This document shows positions 37,682 through 46,545 of a stretch of 64,000 nucleotides of DNA, piece by piece. Below the pieces are notes generated by a model. That model was given only the letters and a program-made list of their open reading frames with translations. It had not been told where the DNA came from and searched no databases. The stretch covers positions 137,068 through 201,067 of the IMG/VR virus record IMGVR_UViG_3300032265_002598; one strand, given 5' to 3'. Position numbers and translations under genes: made by a program. How positions within the stretch are numbered: the stretch's first letter is position 1; each line of letters begins with the position of its first letter. The DNA is from a virus. Lineage: Duplodnaviria > Caudoviricetes.

Positions 37682-38227
37682 TCACTTTGAATATATGTAA
37701 ACGGGTAAATCAAACCAAATATCATTAATTAGATCAGAAATAAAATTCCAGTTACCTCCAGCCAAACCGCTACCAAACTTTGGCGCATGTATTTCCACTT
37801 TAGTTTTTTCTGTTCCATCCTGAGTATTCTTGCATACTGTCCTAACCTGATTCATGCAATATACAAGAGCAGCATAGTTTAATGGTCTTTTATTTTGATT
37901 ATTAATAAGTTTATTCTGTGCTATCATATTTGCAAAAATAATTTTATGACGATACTTTGAATCTGTCTTAACAGTAATAAACTGAGTATGTCCTAATTTA
38001 GCTTGTTGACCAAGCATATGAAAATTAGCCTTTACTTCTGGATAAATATGAGCTACTTCACCAGCAAATCCAGCACCAAAAGCATTGCTATTATTACACA
38101 CATGAGGAACAATAACCGTGCTACCATTAACTCCAGAAGAAATTCTGGTATTGATAAGCTCAAATATATTTTGATTCTTAACGAAGCTAAAAGTATTAGC
38201 TGTATTTTTGTTTATTTGAGTTGGCAT
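37682..38227 (-). CDS. Macrodomain (Poa1p-like ADP-ribose-processing) protein
   Basis: PHVCNNSNAFGAGFA, IFANMIAQ, IHAPKFGSGLAGGNW. Confidence 0.88.
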   Translation of the reverse strand: MPTQINKNTANTFSFVKNQNIFELINTRISSGVNGSTVIVPHVCNNSNAFGAGFAGEVAHIYPEVKANFHMLGQQAKLGHTQFITVKTDSKYRHKIIFANMIAQNKLINNQNKRPLNYAALVYCMNQVRTVCKNTQDGTEKTKVEIHAPKFGSGLAGGNWNFISDLINDIWFDLPVYIYSK

Positions 38228-38231
38228 AGTT

Positions 38232-38486
38232 TTACCTTTTTATTTTTAACCACTTATTTAGTGGACACTGTTGATCAGCCCATGCCAGCTTATTTAAGAA
38301 TATCTTTTTCTTACTAAGATTACAACCACAAGCCAAACATTGACTAGAGGTATTATGAAACATTTCGCAGGTTTGGCAAATTGCAAATCTTTTATCTATT
38401 TCCTCTTGGGTAGATTTTGGAAATCCGGCACCTATATGAAATAGTAAAGACTTAAGAAATGTTAGGAGTTTTGTCCGTATACTCAT
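38232..38486 (-). CDS. Small Cys-rich (Zn-binding) hypothetical protein
   Basis: RFAICQTC...QCLACGC...CPLNKW. Confidence 0.7.
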   Translation of the reverse strand: MSIRTKLLTFLKSLLFHIGAGFPKSTQEEIDKRFAICQTCEMFHNTSSQCLACGCNLSKKKIFLNKLAWADQQCPLNKWLKIKR

Positions 38487-38715
38487 TCTTATGTTCCTTT
38501 AGAGCCAATATATTGCCATCTTTGTCTCTATAATATAGGTCCAATGATTCTACTACAGAATCTTCAACTAACCAACTAGCAAAACCTGTTTGAATGTCTA
38601 TTGACATTTTTTTAGTTTTTTGATCCTTAGTAGATTTGAAATCACCAGTAAGAATAAACCTCTTCTTATCTATTAAGAATAAATCTCCGGGTTTTAATTC
38701 TTCAAGATATTTCAT
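38452..38715 (-). CDS. Hypothetical protein
   Basis: Packed ORF. Confidence 0.55.
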   Translation of the reverse strand: MKYLEELKPGDLFLIDKKRFILTGDFKSTKDQKTKKMSIDIQTGFASWLVEDSVVESLDLYYRDKDGNILALKEHKNEYTDKTPNIS

Positions 38716-38890
38716 TTTCCCAATCTTCCCACAACTCTTCTACTCTTATATTTTCTTTTTGTTTCTTGAGTTGTTTCTTCATTTTGTTAATATCACGAGA
38801 ATCATAGGATTCGGCTTTCTTATTCAAAAACCTATGTTCTATGTTTTCTCTTCTGGAAGTTTTTCTTTTATCAAAATCTGAATCGCTCAT
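38702..38890 (-). CDS. Small hypothetical protein
   Basis: Follows a sigma70-like promoter and an AAGG RBS. Confidence 0.55.
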   Translation of the reverse strand: MSDSDFDKRKTSRRENIEHRFLNKKAESYDSRDINKMKKQLKKQKENIRVEELWEDWENEIS

Positions 38891-38908
38891 TGCACACCTT
38901 TCGTAGTA

Positions 38909-38936
38909 ATCATACGCCCCATTGGAGACAAGTCAA
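38909..38936 (-). promoter_or_regulatory. sigma70-type promoter
   Basis: TTGACT-N16-TATGAT. Confidence 0.55.
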
Positions 38937-39012
38937 GCTTGAGGCTTAGAATTTTTAAAACTTGACAGACAACGATCATCATATTATATCTTATGCAGAG
39001 GGTGATTAATAA

Positions 39013-39942
39013 TTAGAGTACAGGTCTAATGATACCATAGCCCTCATATTTCTTTATTCCTGTATAATTCTGCTGATGCAGTTTCATGGCTTTTTTAGCA
39101 AAAACCGCCACATAATCGTCAGATGATTTTAGCATATTCTCAAGCATAGCAAATTTAATTTTTTTAGCAAACGATAAAAATAAAGCAGCACAGCCTACCG
39201 CAAATGGTGTTGCCATACTAGTTCCAGACATAGAAGCATAGGTATTCCCAGGTACAGCACTAATAATATCTGCTCCCGGTGCCAAGAAGTCAAGTTCTTC
39301 TCCACAGCAACTAAATGAACAAATATTCAATCTCTCATCTACTGCACCAACGCTAATTGTATTATTATATTTTGCTGGATACTGAATTCCTGATTCTATA
39401 CCACTGTTTCCTGCTGCACAAAAAATTATTACATTTTTGTATTTAGCATATTCTATAGCTTTTTCTATCTGAATAGCAGGATACTCTGAACCAAGAGACA
39501 TAGTGATTAAATCTGCTTCGTGGTCAGCAGCCCACACAATAGCTTCAGCGACATTTTTATTAATACCTGACCCATCGGCCCCAAGTGCTTTAATAGGCAT
39601 GATCTTGGCTTGCGGAGCGACTCCTACCATGCCCACTCCATTGTTAACAGCAGCTATCGTACCAGCAACGTGAGTACCGTGACCATTATCATCTTGTGGT
39701 GGTTGATCTGGATCAATAAAATTATATCCATCTACAATATTATCTTTAATATCTTCATGATTTAAATCGCACCCAGTATCTATTACTGCTACAGTAACAC
39801 CCTCTCCTTGAGAATGTCTCCATTGTTGAGGAATGGAGAATTTATCAATGGGCCAACTATGAAACTGACTAGAACCTACCGACAAACCATAAATATCTTT
39901 TCTTGTGTGAGGTAAAAGCTTACATTGTTTCTTTTTTAACAT
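39013..39942 (-). CDS. Subtilisin-like serine protease (S8)
   Basis: Catalytic triad VAVIDTG, HGTHVAG, GTSMATP. Confidence 0.95.
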   Translation of the reverse strand: MLKKKQCKLLPHTRKDIYGLSVGSSQFHSWPIDKFSIPQQWRHSQGEGVTVAVIDTGCDLNHEDIKDNIVDGYNFIDPDQPPQDDNGHGTHVAGTIAAVNNGVGMVGVAPQAKIMPIKALGADGSGINKNVAEAIVWAADHEADLITMSLGSEYPAIQIEKAIEYAKYKNVIIFCAAGNSGIESGIQYPAKYNNTISVGAVDERLNICSFSCCGEELDFLAPGADIISAVPGNTYASMSGTSMATPFAVGCAALFLSFAKKIKFAMLENMLKSSDDYVAVFAKKAMKLHQQNYTGIKKYEGYGIIRPVL

Positions 39943-39944
39943 AA

Positions 39945-40685
39945 TTATTTCTTAATAATGTTTCTAATCCATGGAATATACATACTAATTCTTGTATGAC
40001 AACTTTCATCACCGTATGTTGAGTCTGGTTTACCATCATACCCCAATACTGAAGAATTTATACCAGCAAGTTTTCCATCTATAAAAAGACCGCCACCACT
40101 ATCTCCACTACAAATTAAATATTCAAGTTCTGTGATTTTTTGGCTGGGTTTGGAAGCATTACAGACTAAAGTTCCTCTTTCTATTTTTGTAATATAGTTA
40201 GATCCAGCTCTTTTTTTACCATCAAAAATATTTACTCCAGTATTGAAATTTCCAGTAAGTCCAACACCAGCAATAGCAGCTATTTTTCCAACTTCATCTG
40301 AATCCTCATATAACTCTGGATAAGGAGACATATCTACTTGTTCTGAGATGTGACCTACTGCTATATCATAATATCCAAAAATATTGTCACTATATTTTTC
40401 ATGACAAATAATAGAATCTAAATTGTATTTTTTATCATCAACAATTATTTGATGATCTTTCATATTTTTTACAACATGAGCTGCTGTTATTATCCAATTA
40501 TTATCTACTATTACAGCAGAACCCGCTGCTTGTCCATTACCATCATAGCAAACAATTTTAACAGTATGTTTAAATTTAGATCCATATTCTATATATTTAG
40601 AGTCTTCAACATTGGGATCAATTGTCCCAGCGAAAGAATTTGAAAGAAATAAAAAAACACCCAGAAGAAAAATTAAGCTTTTCAT
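39945..40685 (-). CDS. Trypsin-like serine protease (S1) with signal peptide
   Basis: ITAAH, YDIAV, GDSGG; N-terminal MKSLIFLLGVFLFLSNSFA. Confidence 0.92.
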   Translation of the reverse strand: MKSLIFLLGVFLFLSNSFAGTIDPNVEDSKYIEYGSKFKHTVKIVCYDGNGQAAGSAVIVDNNWIITAAHVVKNMKDHQIIVDDKKYNLDSIICHEKYSDNIFGYYDIAVGHISEQVDMSPYPELYEDSDEVGKIAAIAGVGLTGNFNTGVNIFDGKKRAGSNYITKIERGTLVCNASKPSQKITELEYLICSGDSGGGLFIDGKLAGINSSVLGYDGKPDSTYGDESCHTRISMYIPWIRNIIKK

Positions 40686-40712
40686 GGGTCATTCCTTTGA
40701 CGGATATGTAAA

Positions 40713-41045
40713 CTAAGGTCTATTTTTAACCTTATTTAAATACACCGAACAATCTTCTATGACCGATTTATTATAACTCTTAAAGTTCATTAAATGACCA
40801 AATAGAAAGTGGCATGGGTCTGCACACAAAGTCACAAGATTTGAAGGATCAAGTTCTAGCTCTGGACTAATATGAACTGGGGTTTTATGATGAACTTCTA
40901 ATTTTTTATCTCTACCACAAGCAATACAATATGGATTTTCTTTTAAGTGTTGTTTTCTTACATTACTCCATTTTGGAGATCGTACTGCAAACCTAATTTT
41001 ATTCAGGAAATTAAACATTATAATACCTTTGCAGCAATTAAACAT
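40713..41045 (-). CDS. HNH endonuclease
   Basis: PYCIACG...EVHH...NLVTLC..CHFLFGH. Confidence 0.82.
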   Translation of the reverse strand: MFNCCKGIIMFNFLNKIRFAVRSPKWSNVRKQHLKENPYCIACGRDKKLEVHHKTPVHISPELELDPSNLVTLCADPCHFLFGHLMNFKSYNKSVIEDCSVYLNKVKNRP

Positions 41046-42019
41046 CCTTTAGCAACAGCGTGTAAGGGGTCTGCCGCATGTCTGACTTCTTTAATTTGCA
41101 ACGGAAATCCATTTTCTTCTAATTTTTTAGCAAACTCCTTAATATATCCGTTAGCTTGAGAAGTACCACCGGCTACCACAATAACCAAAGGATTTTTAAA
41201 TTTTGGTAATGATTTATGGTTTAATAAAGCATGGGCTAATTGTTTTGTAGTATAGTCTATTAGTCTCTCATAATAAGCTGACACAGCACCTAAAACTGGA
41301 TTATCATTAGGTTCACCAATCGTAAAACCCCCAGCCTCTTTCTCTGCCTGCACAACACTATCTGGTTCTCCTGTAGCAACAGAACTCATGCGATCAATCC
41401 AGTCTCCACTTTTGGTTGTGCTGAATACTACAGTAGGTTCGCCATTTAACATAACACAAACATTTGTCATACCAGCCCCACAACTAACAGCAATACCAGT
41501 ATAATCCTCAACTTCTAATTCAGCATAACAAAGAGCCTCTGCTTCATTAATAGCTTTAGCGCTATATCCACATTCAGCTAGAATAGTTTTGACTACATCT
41601 TCATGGTATCCGACATCAAAATCTTCATCTTCTTGATCTACTGGTTGAGCAGGGACGCAGAATACTAACTTTTCATTTTCTTCTTTAGCTTTACCCGCTA
41701 CTTCTTTCAAGATAAAAGCCAATATTTTTTTGGCATCTTTTTCTTTGGCAGATACTACGCCTTTATACATTGGTCTTTTAGCAGTATCATTTCTTTCTAT
41801 AGCTTTTTCAATAGCATCTTTACCTAATAGGATAAATGATCCATCAGTATCTTTAATAAAAACTTTTCCTGCTAATCCTTTCTCTATCATCTTTGTAGCA
41901 ACTGGTGTGGTTGGTTTGATAACATAAAAAGCATCTCTAAAATCTTTATAAACAATACTATTTTTATTTTCTTTTGATAATACTATGTAACTTGTACCAA
42001 CGTCTAATCCAGCTGCCAT
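41018..42019 (-). CDS. Actin-like ATPase, volactin/salactin-type
   Basis: Phosphate-1 GLDVGTS, connect-1 INEAEA, phosphate-2 SCGAGMTNV, adenosine VAGGTS, connect-2 PLHAVAKGCL. Confidence 0.9.
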   Translation of the reverse strand: MAAGLDVGTSYIVLSKENKNSIVYKDFRDAFYVIKPTTPVATKMIEKGLAGKVFIKDTDGSFILLGKDAIEKAIERNDTAKRPMYKGVVSAKEKDAKKILAFILKEVAGKAKEENEKLVFCVPAQPVDQEDEDFDVGYHEDVVKTILAECGYSAKAINEAEALCYAELEVEDYTGIAVSCGAGMTNVCVMLNGEPTVVFSTTKSGDWIDRMSSVATGEPDSVVQAEKEAGGFTIGEPNDNPVLGAVSAYYERLIDYTTKQLAHALLNHKSLPKFKNPLVIVVAGGTSQANGYIKEFAKKLEENGFPLQIKEVRHAADPLHAVAKGCLIAAKVL

Positions 42020-42022
42020 ATT

Positions 42023-42355
42023 TCACCTCTTCATATTTTTAAGTTTATTTATTGAAGTACTTATATCTTCTTCAGATTGATTGATTTCTCCCAAAGATTC
42101 GTACTTCTTTTCCATTCCAGATGTCTTAATATCAACCACATATTTAGTATCATCAATAGACACAACCGTTTTATCTTTTTTCGTTTCTTGAAAAAAACTT
42201 GTTGGTTTACTATTAATAACAGTATTACATACACCAGCATTAGATTGCTTACCAACAAAATAGCCGATTAAAAACAAACACACCCCTAAGATTAGGAGTG
42301 TGCTTGAGAAGAAAATAATAGTGGGTAAGTTTATTGATACTGATATTTCATTCAT
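42023..42355 (-). CDS. Single-pass membrane protein upstream of the actin gene
   Basis: TIIFFSSTLLILGVCLFLIGYFVG transmembrane segment; stops 3 nt before the actin start. Confidence 0.7.
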   Translation of the reverse strand: MNEISVSINLPTIIFFSSTLLILGVCLFLIGYFVGKQSNAGVCNTVINSKPTSFFQETKKDKTVVSIDDTKYVVDIKTSGMEKKYESLGEINQSEEDISTSINKLKNMKR

Positions 42356-43265
42356 GTTTATATGAGCCTATCACTCTTCCCTTTTGGGTTCTTACAGCAA
42401 AACCTTTTCGTACTAGATATGGTTCTATGCTATTCTCAATAGTGTCCATAGCAATTCCAGTTAAAGCTGAAATACTCTTTAGGCCCAATCCAGCACCTTT
42501 AGAATTAGCAAGCACCTTTAAATACATCTTATCATACACATCCAAACCGTCCTTATCAATGCCCTGACTATTAAAGATTTCATCCACACTCATCTTCTTC
42601 TCTGTATAATACGCACTACAATTCTTATACCATTGTAGTCTACCATTCAGAATTCTAGGAGTTCCCTTGCTTCTTTTAGCAATTTCTAGCAAATCTTCAT
42701 CACTAATATGTAAACCTAGTTTGTTAGCGTTCAATCCTGCTAGTTTAGCTAGATCAATTTCATTATAGAAAGACAAATGTTCTTTAATTTGAAATCTGTC
42801 ATAAAATGGCTGACTTAAAGATCCACCACTAGTTGTTGCTCCAACCAAAGTAAATACTGGCAACTCAATAGTCTCTGGCTTTTCTTTGTCTTGTTCATCT
42901 TTAACAGTAATATTTAGAACAAAATCTTCCATAACAGGATATAGAAATTCTTCGACAATTTTTGGTAGACGATGGATTTCATCAATAAATAAAACAGAAT
43001 GCTTTTCCATTCCCATAATATAGGGCAAAATATTTTTGATACCACGAACAGTGGCAGCATTGATGGTATATAGGTTGACTCCCATCTCAGTAGCTATAGC
43101 ACTGGCTATTGTAGTCTTTCCTAGCCCCGGTGGGCCGTCTATTAAAAGATGAGGCATCACACCACCAGAATTTTTACAACCAGCAACCACGATGTTTAAC
43201 CGTGTAATCACTTCTGACTGTCCAATAATTTCACTAAATCGCGTGGGACGAATTGCATTAGCCAT
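42348..43265 (-). CDS. ruvB: Holliday-junction branch-migration ATPase RuvB
   Basis: RPTRFSEIIGQ, HLLIDGPPGLGKTT, FIDEIHRL, GATT, DRF, GTPRI, EPYLVR..RTQKGR. Likely start is MANAIRP at 43265. Confidence 0.93.
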   Translation of the reverse strand: MANAIRPTRFSEIIGQSEVITRLNIVVAGCKNSGGVMPHLLIDGPPGLGKTTIASAIATEMGVNLYTINAATVRGIKNILPYIMGMEKHSVLFIDEIHRLPKIVEEFLYPVMEDFVLNITVKDEQDKEKPETIELPVFTLVGATTSGGSLSQPFYDRFQIKEHLSFYNEIDLAKLAGLNANKLGLHISDEDLLEIAKRSKGTPRILNGRLQWYKNCSAYYTEKKMSVDEIFNSQGIDKDGLDVYDKMYLKVLANSKGAGLGLKSISALTGIAMDTIENSIEPYLVRKGFAVRTQKGRVIGSYKHE

Positions 43266-43671
43266 TTTTTTCTCCAAAGTTTTTTAAAGCCTGTTTGATT
43301 AAATCAACGCAAATATAAGTAGGTGTTCTGTCAAAGGTTGAGACTATTAGTTTCTCAGCTTCACTAATATCAAAACCATATCCAAGTAAAATTGTACAAG
43401 ATTGTGTTAAAAGATCTAAAGGAATAGTTTCTTTCTTTTCCTCCGTTTCTGCTGCTAAAGATGACTTCTTTTGAGTCTGACTATAGATAATCTCATTTTT
43501 TTCTACTAGTTTTACCCTAAGTATCTCATTGCAGTCGCAGACTATTCTATATCCTTTTGTCTGTGCCTCTTTCATGGAAATCCAATGGTCTGAAGAACAT
43601 TTAGGACATCTATATTTTAGATGAACATCTTGATCAATCGGTCTCAGGCGTTTCTGTTTGATTGTTGGCAT
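43258..43671 (-). CDS. Zn-ribbon protein fused to a RuvA domain-III-like C terminus
   Basis: CPKC...CDC N-terminal; C-terminal LLGYGFDISEAEKLI...DLIKQALK matches RuvA domain III; immediately upstream of ruvB. Confidence 0.7.
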   Translation of the reverse strand: MPTIKQKRLRPIDQDVHLKYRCPKCSSDHWISMKEAQTKGYRIVCDCNEILRVKLVEKNEIIYSQTQKKSSLAAETEEKKETIPLDLLTQSCTILLGYGFDISEAEKLIVSTFDRTPTYICVDLIKQALKNFGEKNG

Positions 43672-44068
43672 CTTCTTTTACCCAAAAAATGAAATCGTTT
43701 TTTTCACTGTCGTATCCACTATCCAAAACCCCCTTGTTAACCAAGGTATTCAAAATATTGCTGACCATTCTTCCGTTCAAATCTTCTATAATCTCTCCTA
43801 AAATTTTATCAGTAAGTGAGTATCGAATTTCTTTACTTTTTTTATTGATTTGTTTTCTAGCATGATTCTTAATGATAACAGATGCTTCCTCATGACTTAG
43901 AGTAATATCCATCTCTTCTATTTCTTCTTTACTCATTATTGATAAAGAAGCTGTCAAAGAATCTGCTGCTACTTCATTAACTTGTCCAAATAAATTAAAA
44001 ACCAAAGCTCTTGAATGGTCAACAAATTCTTCAAAATTACTTATAAAAAACCATTTTTCATTCTTCAT
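43634..44068 (-). CDS. Hypothetical protein (paralog family with 59015 and 59379)
   Basis: C-terminal LVNKGVLDSGYDSEKNDFIFW. Confidence 0.6.
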   Translation of the reverse strand: MKNEKWFFISNFEEFVDHSRALVFNLFGQVNEVAADSLTASLSIMSKEEIEEMDITLSHEEASVIIKNHARKQINKKSKEIRYSLTDKILGEIIEDLNGRMVSNILNTLVNKGVLDSGYDSEKNDFIFWVKEDANNQTETPETD

Positions 44069-44304
44069 TATACTAATGTTTCACCCTCGTACTTGGGGAT
44101 TGTTGTCCATTCCAGTTTAGCAGAAAAAGCTGTTTTGTAAACCACTACTGTTCTATCGGTTTTCTTGTCTTTCTCCATTACCTTTAGAGGAATTCTTCTA
44201 TCTTGATTAACAGAATTTTCTATAAAGAGAATAGTGTCCGACATTGTATCACAGACTTTACTTACAGTTTTATCATTAAAATATATCTCAAAATATGTGG
44301 TCAT
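44068..44304 (-). CDS. Hypothetical protein
   Basis: Packed ORF. Confidence 0.5.
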   Translation of the reverse strand: MTTYFEIYFNDKTVSKVCDTMSDTILFIENSVNQDRRIPLKVMEKDKKTDRTVVVYKTAFSAKLEWTTIPKYEGETLV

Positions 44305-44555
44305 TATTTTTTATTAATCTCCGTTTGACAATTGTTGTGTTTGTCCACGAAAGTTCTTTCAAATCCTAGCTCCGCTAAAATTGGCATCTTATAAAAAGTA
44401 ATAGTAAATCTTACATTATTATCATCATCTGTCATTTTTGTCCATTCTACTCTTTGTGCTTTGCTCATATGAGTTGCTAGATCATATGCAACAAAAGGAG
44501 TTTCAGTCAATGAACTGAAGAACATAGCCACATACAATAGTGCTGCTGGTAACAT
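44304..44555 (-). CDS. Hypothetical protein with signal-like N terminus
   Basis: MLPAALLYVAMFFSS. Confidence 0.5.
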   Translation of the reverse strand: MLPAALLYVAMFFSSLTETPFVAYDLATHMSKAQRVEWTKMTDDDNNVRFTITFYKMPILAELGFERTFVDKHNNCQTEINKK

Positions 44556-44564
44556 CCTTGTCCT

Positions 44565-44981
44565 CTAATTAAGTATGTCGAACATACCCATATAATAGTT
44601 TGGTTGCGAAAGAAAATGAACCGCGTGTGATACTAAGTGATTTCTATACGCCACATCTAAATTGTTATGTATAAAGTATTTGGTTTTATAGACTGGTTCT
44701 TTATAATGATTGTTCCCCAAAAACAGGGAGTTTTTAAAGTTCCCTGATTTGGAGAAGTAATCATTCACAGGTAACGAACCTTTATCGAATCCATGTCCAA
44801 TATACCAGACATTAGAAGGATATTCAACTATGTCATTTAAAGCTTCGTATAGCATTTTACCCCAAGCATCCCATGCACTAGGATCAAACTTGAAATAGTT
44901 TTTATGCTGACTCTCTAAATTGTCCTGACTACTATCTTCATAGTCATCATCGTAGTTGTAATCTTCGTCTTGTTGTCCCAT
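44565..44981 (-). CDS. Hypothetical protein
   Basis: Acidic N terminus; packed ORF. Confidence 0.5.
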   Translation of the reverse strand: MGQQDEDYNYDDDYEDSSQDNLESQHKNYFKFDPSAWDAWGKMLYEALNDIVEYPSNVWYIGHGFDKGSLPVNDYFSKSGNFKNSLFLGNNHYKEPVYKTKYFIHNNLDVAYRNHLVSHAVHFLSQPNYYMGMFDILN

Positions 44982-44988
44982 AAAATTC

Positions 44989-45267
44989 TCAATTTTCTAT
45001 ATTAGACCATCTTGATCCAGTAGTGGCAATTACATTTGTTCTTGTTGGTTTTCTTCCTCTTCTTGCTCCTTTAAATCCTAATCGACGTATAACATGACAC
45101 ATAGTTTGATATCCGTTATAGAATTTAATGCCTCTAAAACCATTGTTTTTTATGTGTTCATATACATCGAAAGAACAATTGTATTTCTTCATCAGTTCAA
45201 CAAATTCTTGTTTTGCTGATTCATCATCAAGCAACATCTGCGTTAATTTATTAGTATGTCTACCCAT
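44989..45267 (-). CDS. Small basic hypothetical protein
   Basis: AAGGAG RBS; Arg/Lys-rich RRLGFKGARRGRK. Confidence 0.6.
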   Translation of the reverse strand: MGRHTNKLTQMLLDDESAKQEFVELMKKYNCSFDVYEHIKNNGFRGIKFYNGYQTMCHVIRRLGFKGARRGRKPTRTNVIATTGSRWSNIEN

Positions 45268-45288
45268 TTGTTTTCTCCTTATGTGGTT

Positions 45289-45325
45289 GTGTCAAAGGGT
45301 ATGGAGTCTCCAATACCCCTGACAC
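45289..45325. other. Long imperfect inverted repeat directly downstream of the primase gene
   Basis: GTGTCA..GGGTAT.GGAG / CTCC.ATACCC.TGACAC; no U-tract. Confidence 0.7.
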
Positions 45326-45332
45326 TAAACCC

Positions 45333-46484
45333 TCACCCGATACAAAACTTGTCACTAATTTGAGAAGCAAGGTCTTTAGCAGAGTTGGACAAGAATCTAT
45401 TGTTGCTAAAGTAAAGCGGCGTTGAGACTTGATTAAGGAACTCCACGACCGTTTTTAAAAGCTTGGTCTGCTGACCGTCCAGACTCATATCTTCGTCCTC
45501 TACGGGCATCCTATCGTCTACCAGAGCATCCTCATCTTGGATGGGTTGAACTGGCATTGGATCGCCATAAGCCTTTTGAAAAACTGTACTCTTAGTATAA
45601 CCATAAACATCCTTATAGGATTCTGTACTATTGTTATAGTTCTCAGGATTTGAAACTCTCATTTGATTAAGAATTTCTGTGGCAACATTTACTGACACTG
45701 GAACTCCCGTAATGTCAGACTTCTTATAAGCCTTAGCATATTCCTTAAACCACTCATCGCTAGTCTTATTAGCAATAATATTGACCACAGCAGAAACACC
45801 ATCAAGAGCCTGCTTCAGTTGCTCAATATTTACTGGATTGCCAGTTGATCCTGACAAAATACTAGTAAAGTAAGGTTGCTTACCCTCCCAACCTTTTCTC
45901 CACCAAGTATAAGGAATACGATAAATCTGATTAATCTTAATAGCTCTGGCATCACCACCAAAATGATTTACCAGTTTCTTTTGAATACCGCTCCAATAAG
46001 TCTTATGAGGACTATTGGTATTTTGATTTAGAATCCAATAGCACTGATAGCCATTACGAGTATCAACAACCCAGCTTGGTTTTACTGGAAAGTTATTGAT
46101 CTTATTTAAGAACTCCCGCTTCTTTTGCATAACAATGCTAGGCTTTAAATAGCTACCCTGCTCATCTCGTCCAGCGTCCATATCAACAAAACAAGCACGA
46201 ACCCTGCTAATAGCATATTGCTTACGTCCACCATTAACATAGAAGTAAGCATCAGCACCTTGACTATCGTTTGCAATAGCAACAGTAGTAAGATTGTCCG
46301 TATGGTTCATGCTACTGATCTTCTTACGAGGATCGCCATTGTAGCAAAAAATCTGTTGACTACCCAAAGACTCAAAAAACTTATTCCTCAAAGTAATTTG
46401 ATCTCTTGTTCCAATAGCACTATGAGTCTTATCGAACGGATTAAAAGCCAAAGTATCACTAAACATTTGTTTTCCTTTTTCCAA
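45333..46484 (-). CDS. RepB'-like (AEP superfamily) DNA primase
   Basis: ACFVDMD, KPSWVVDTRNGYQCYWIL, GGD..I..IYRIP. Confidence 0.75.
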   Translation of the reverse strand: MEKGKQMFSDTLAFNPFDKTHSAIGTRDQITLRNKFFESLGSQQIFCYNGDPRKKISSMNHTDNLTTVAIANDSQGADAYFYVNGGRKQYAISRVRACFVDMDAGRDEQGSYLKPSIVMQKKREFLNKINNFPVKPSWVVDTRNGYQCYWILNQNTNSPHKTYWSGIQKKLVNHFGGDARAIKINQIYRIPYTWWRKGWEGKQPYFTSILSGSTGNPVNIEQLKQALDGVSAVVNIIANKTSDEWFKEYAKAYKKSDITGVPVSVNVATEILNQMRVSNPENYNNSTESYKDVYGYTKSTVFQKAYGDPMPVQPIQDEDALVDDRMPVEDEDMSLDGQQTKLLKTVVEFLNQVSTPLYFSNNRFLSNSAKDLASQISDKFCIG

Positions 46485-46545
46485 CTTCCTATCTACAATT
46501 TTGATATTGGGACAGTAAACACTACCATCAAAAGCAATATCTTAA

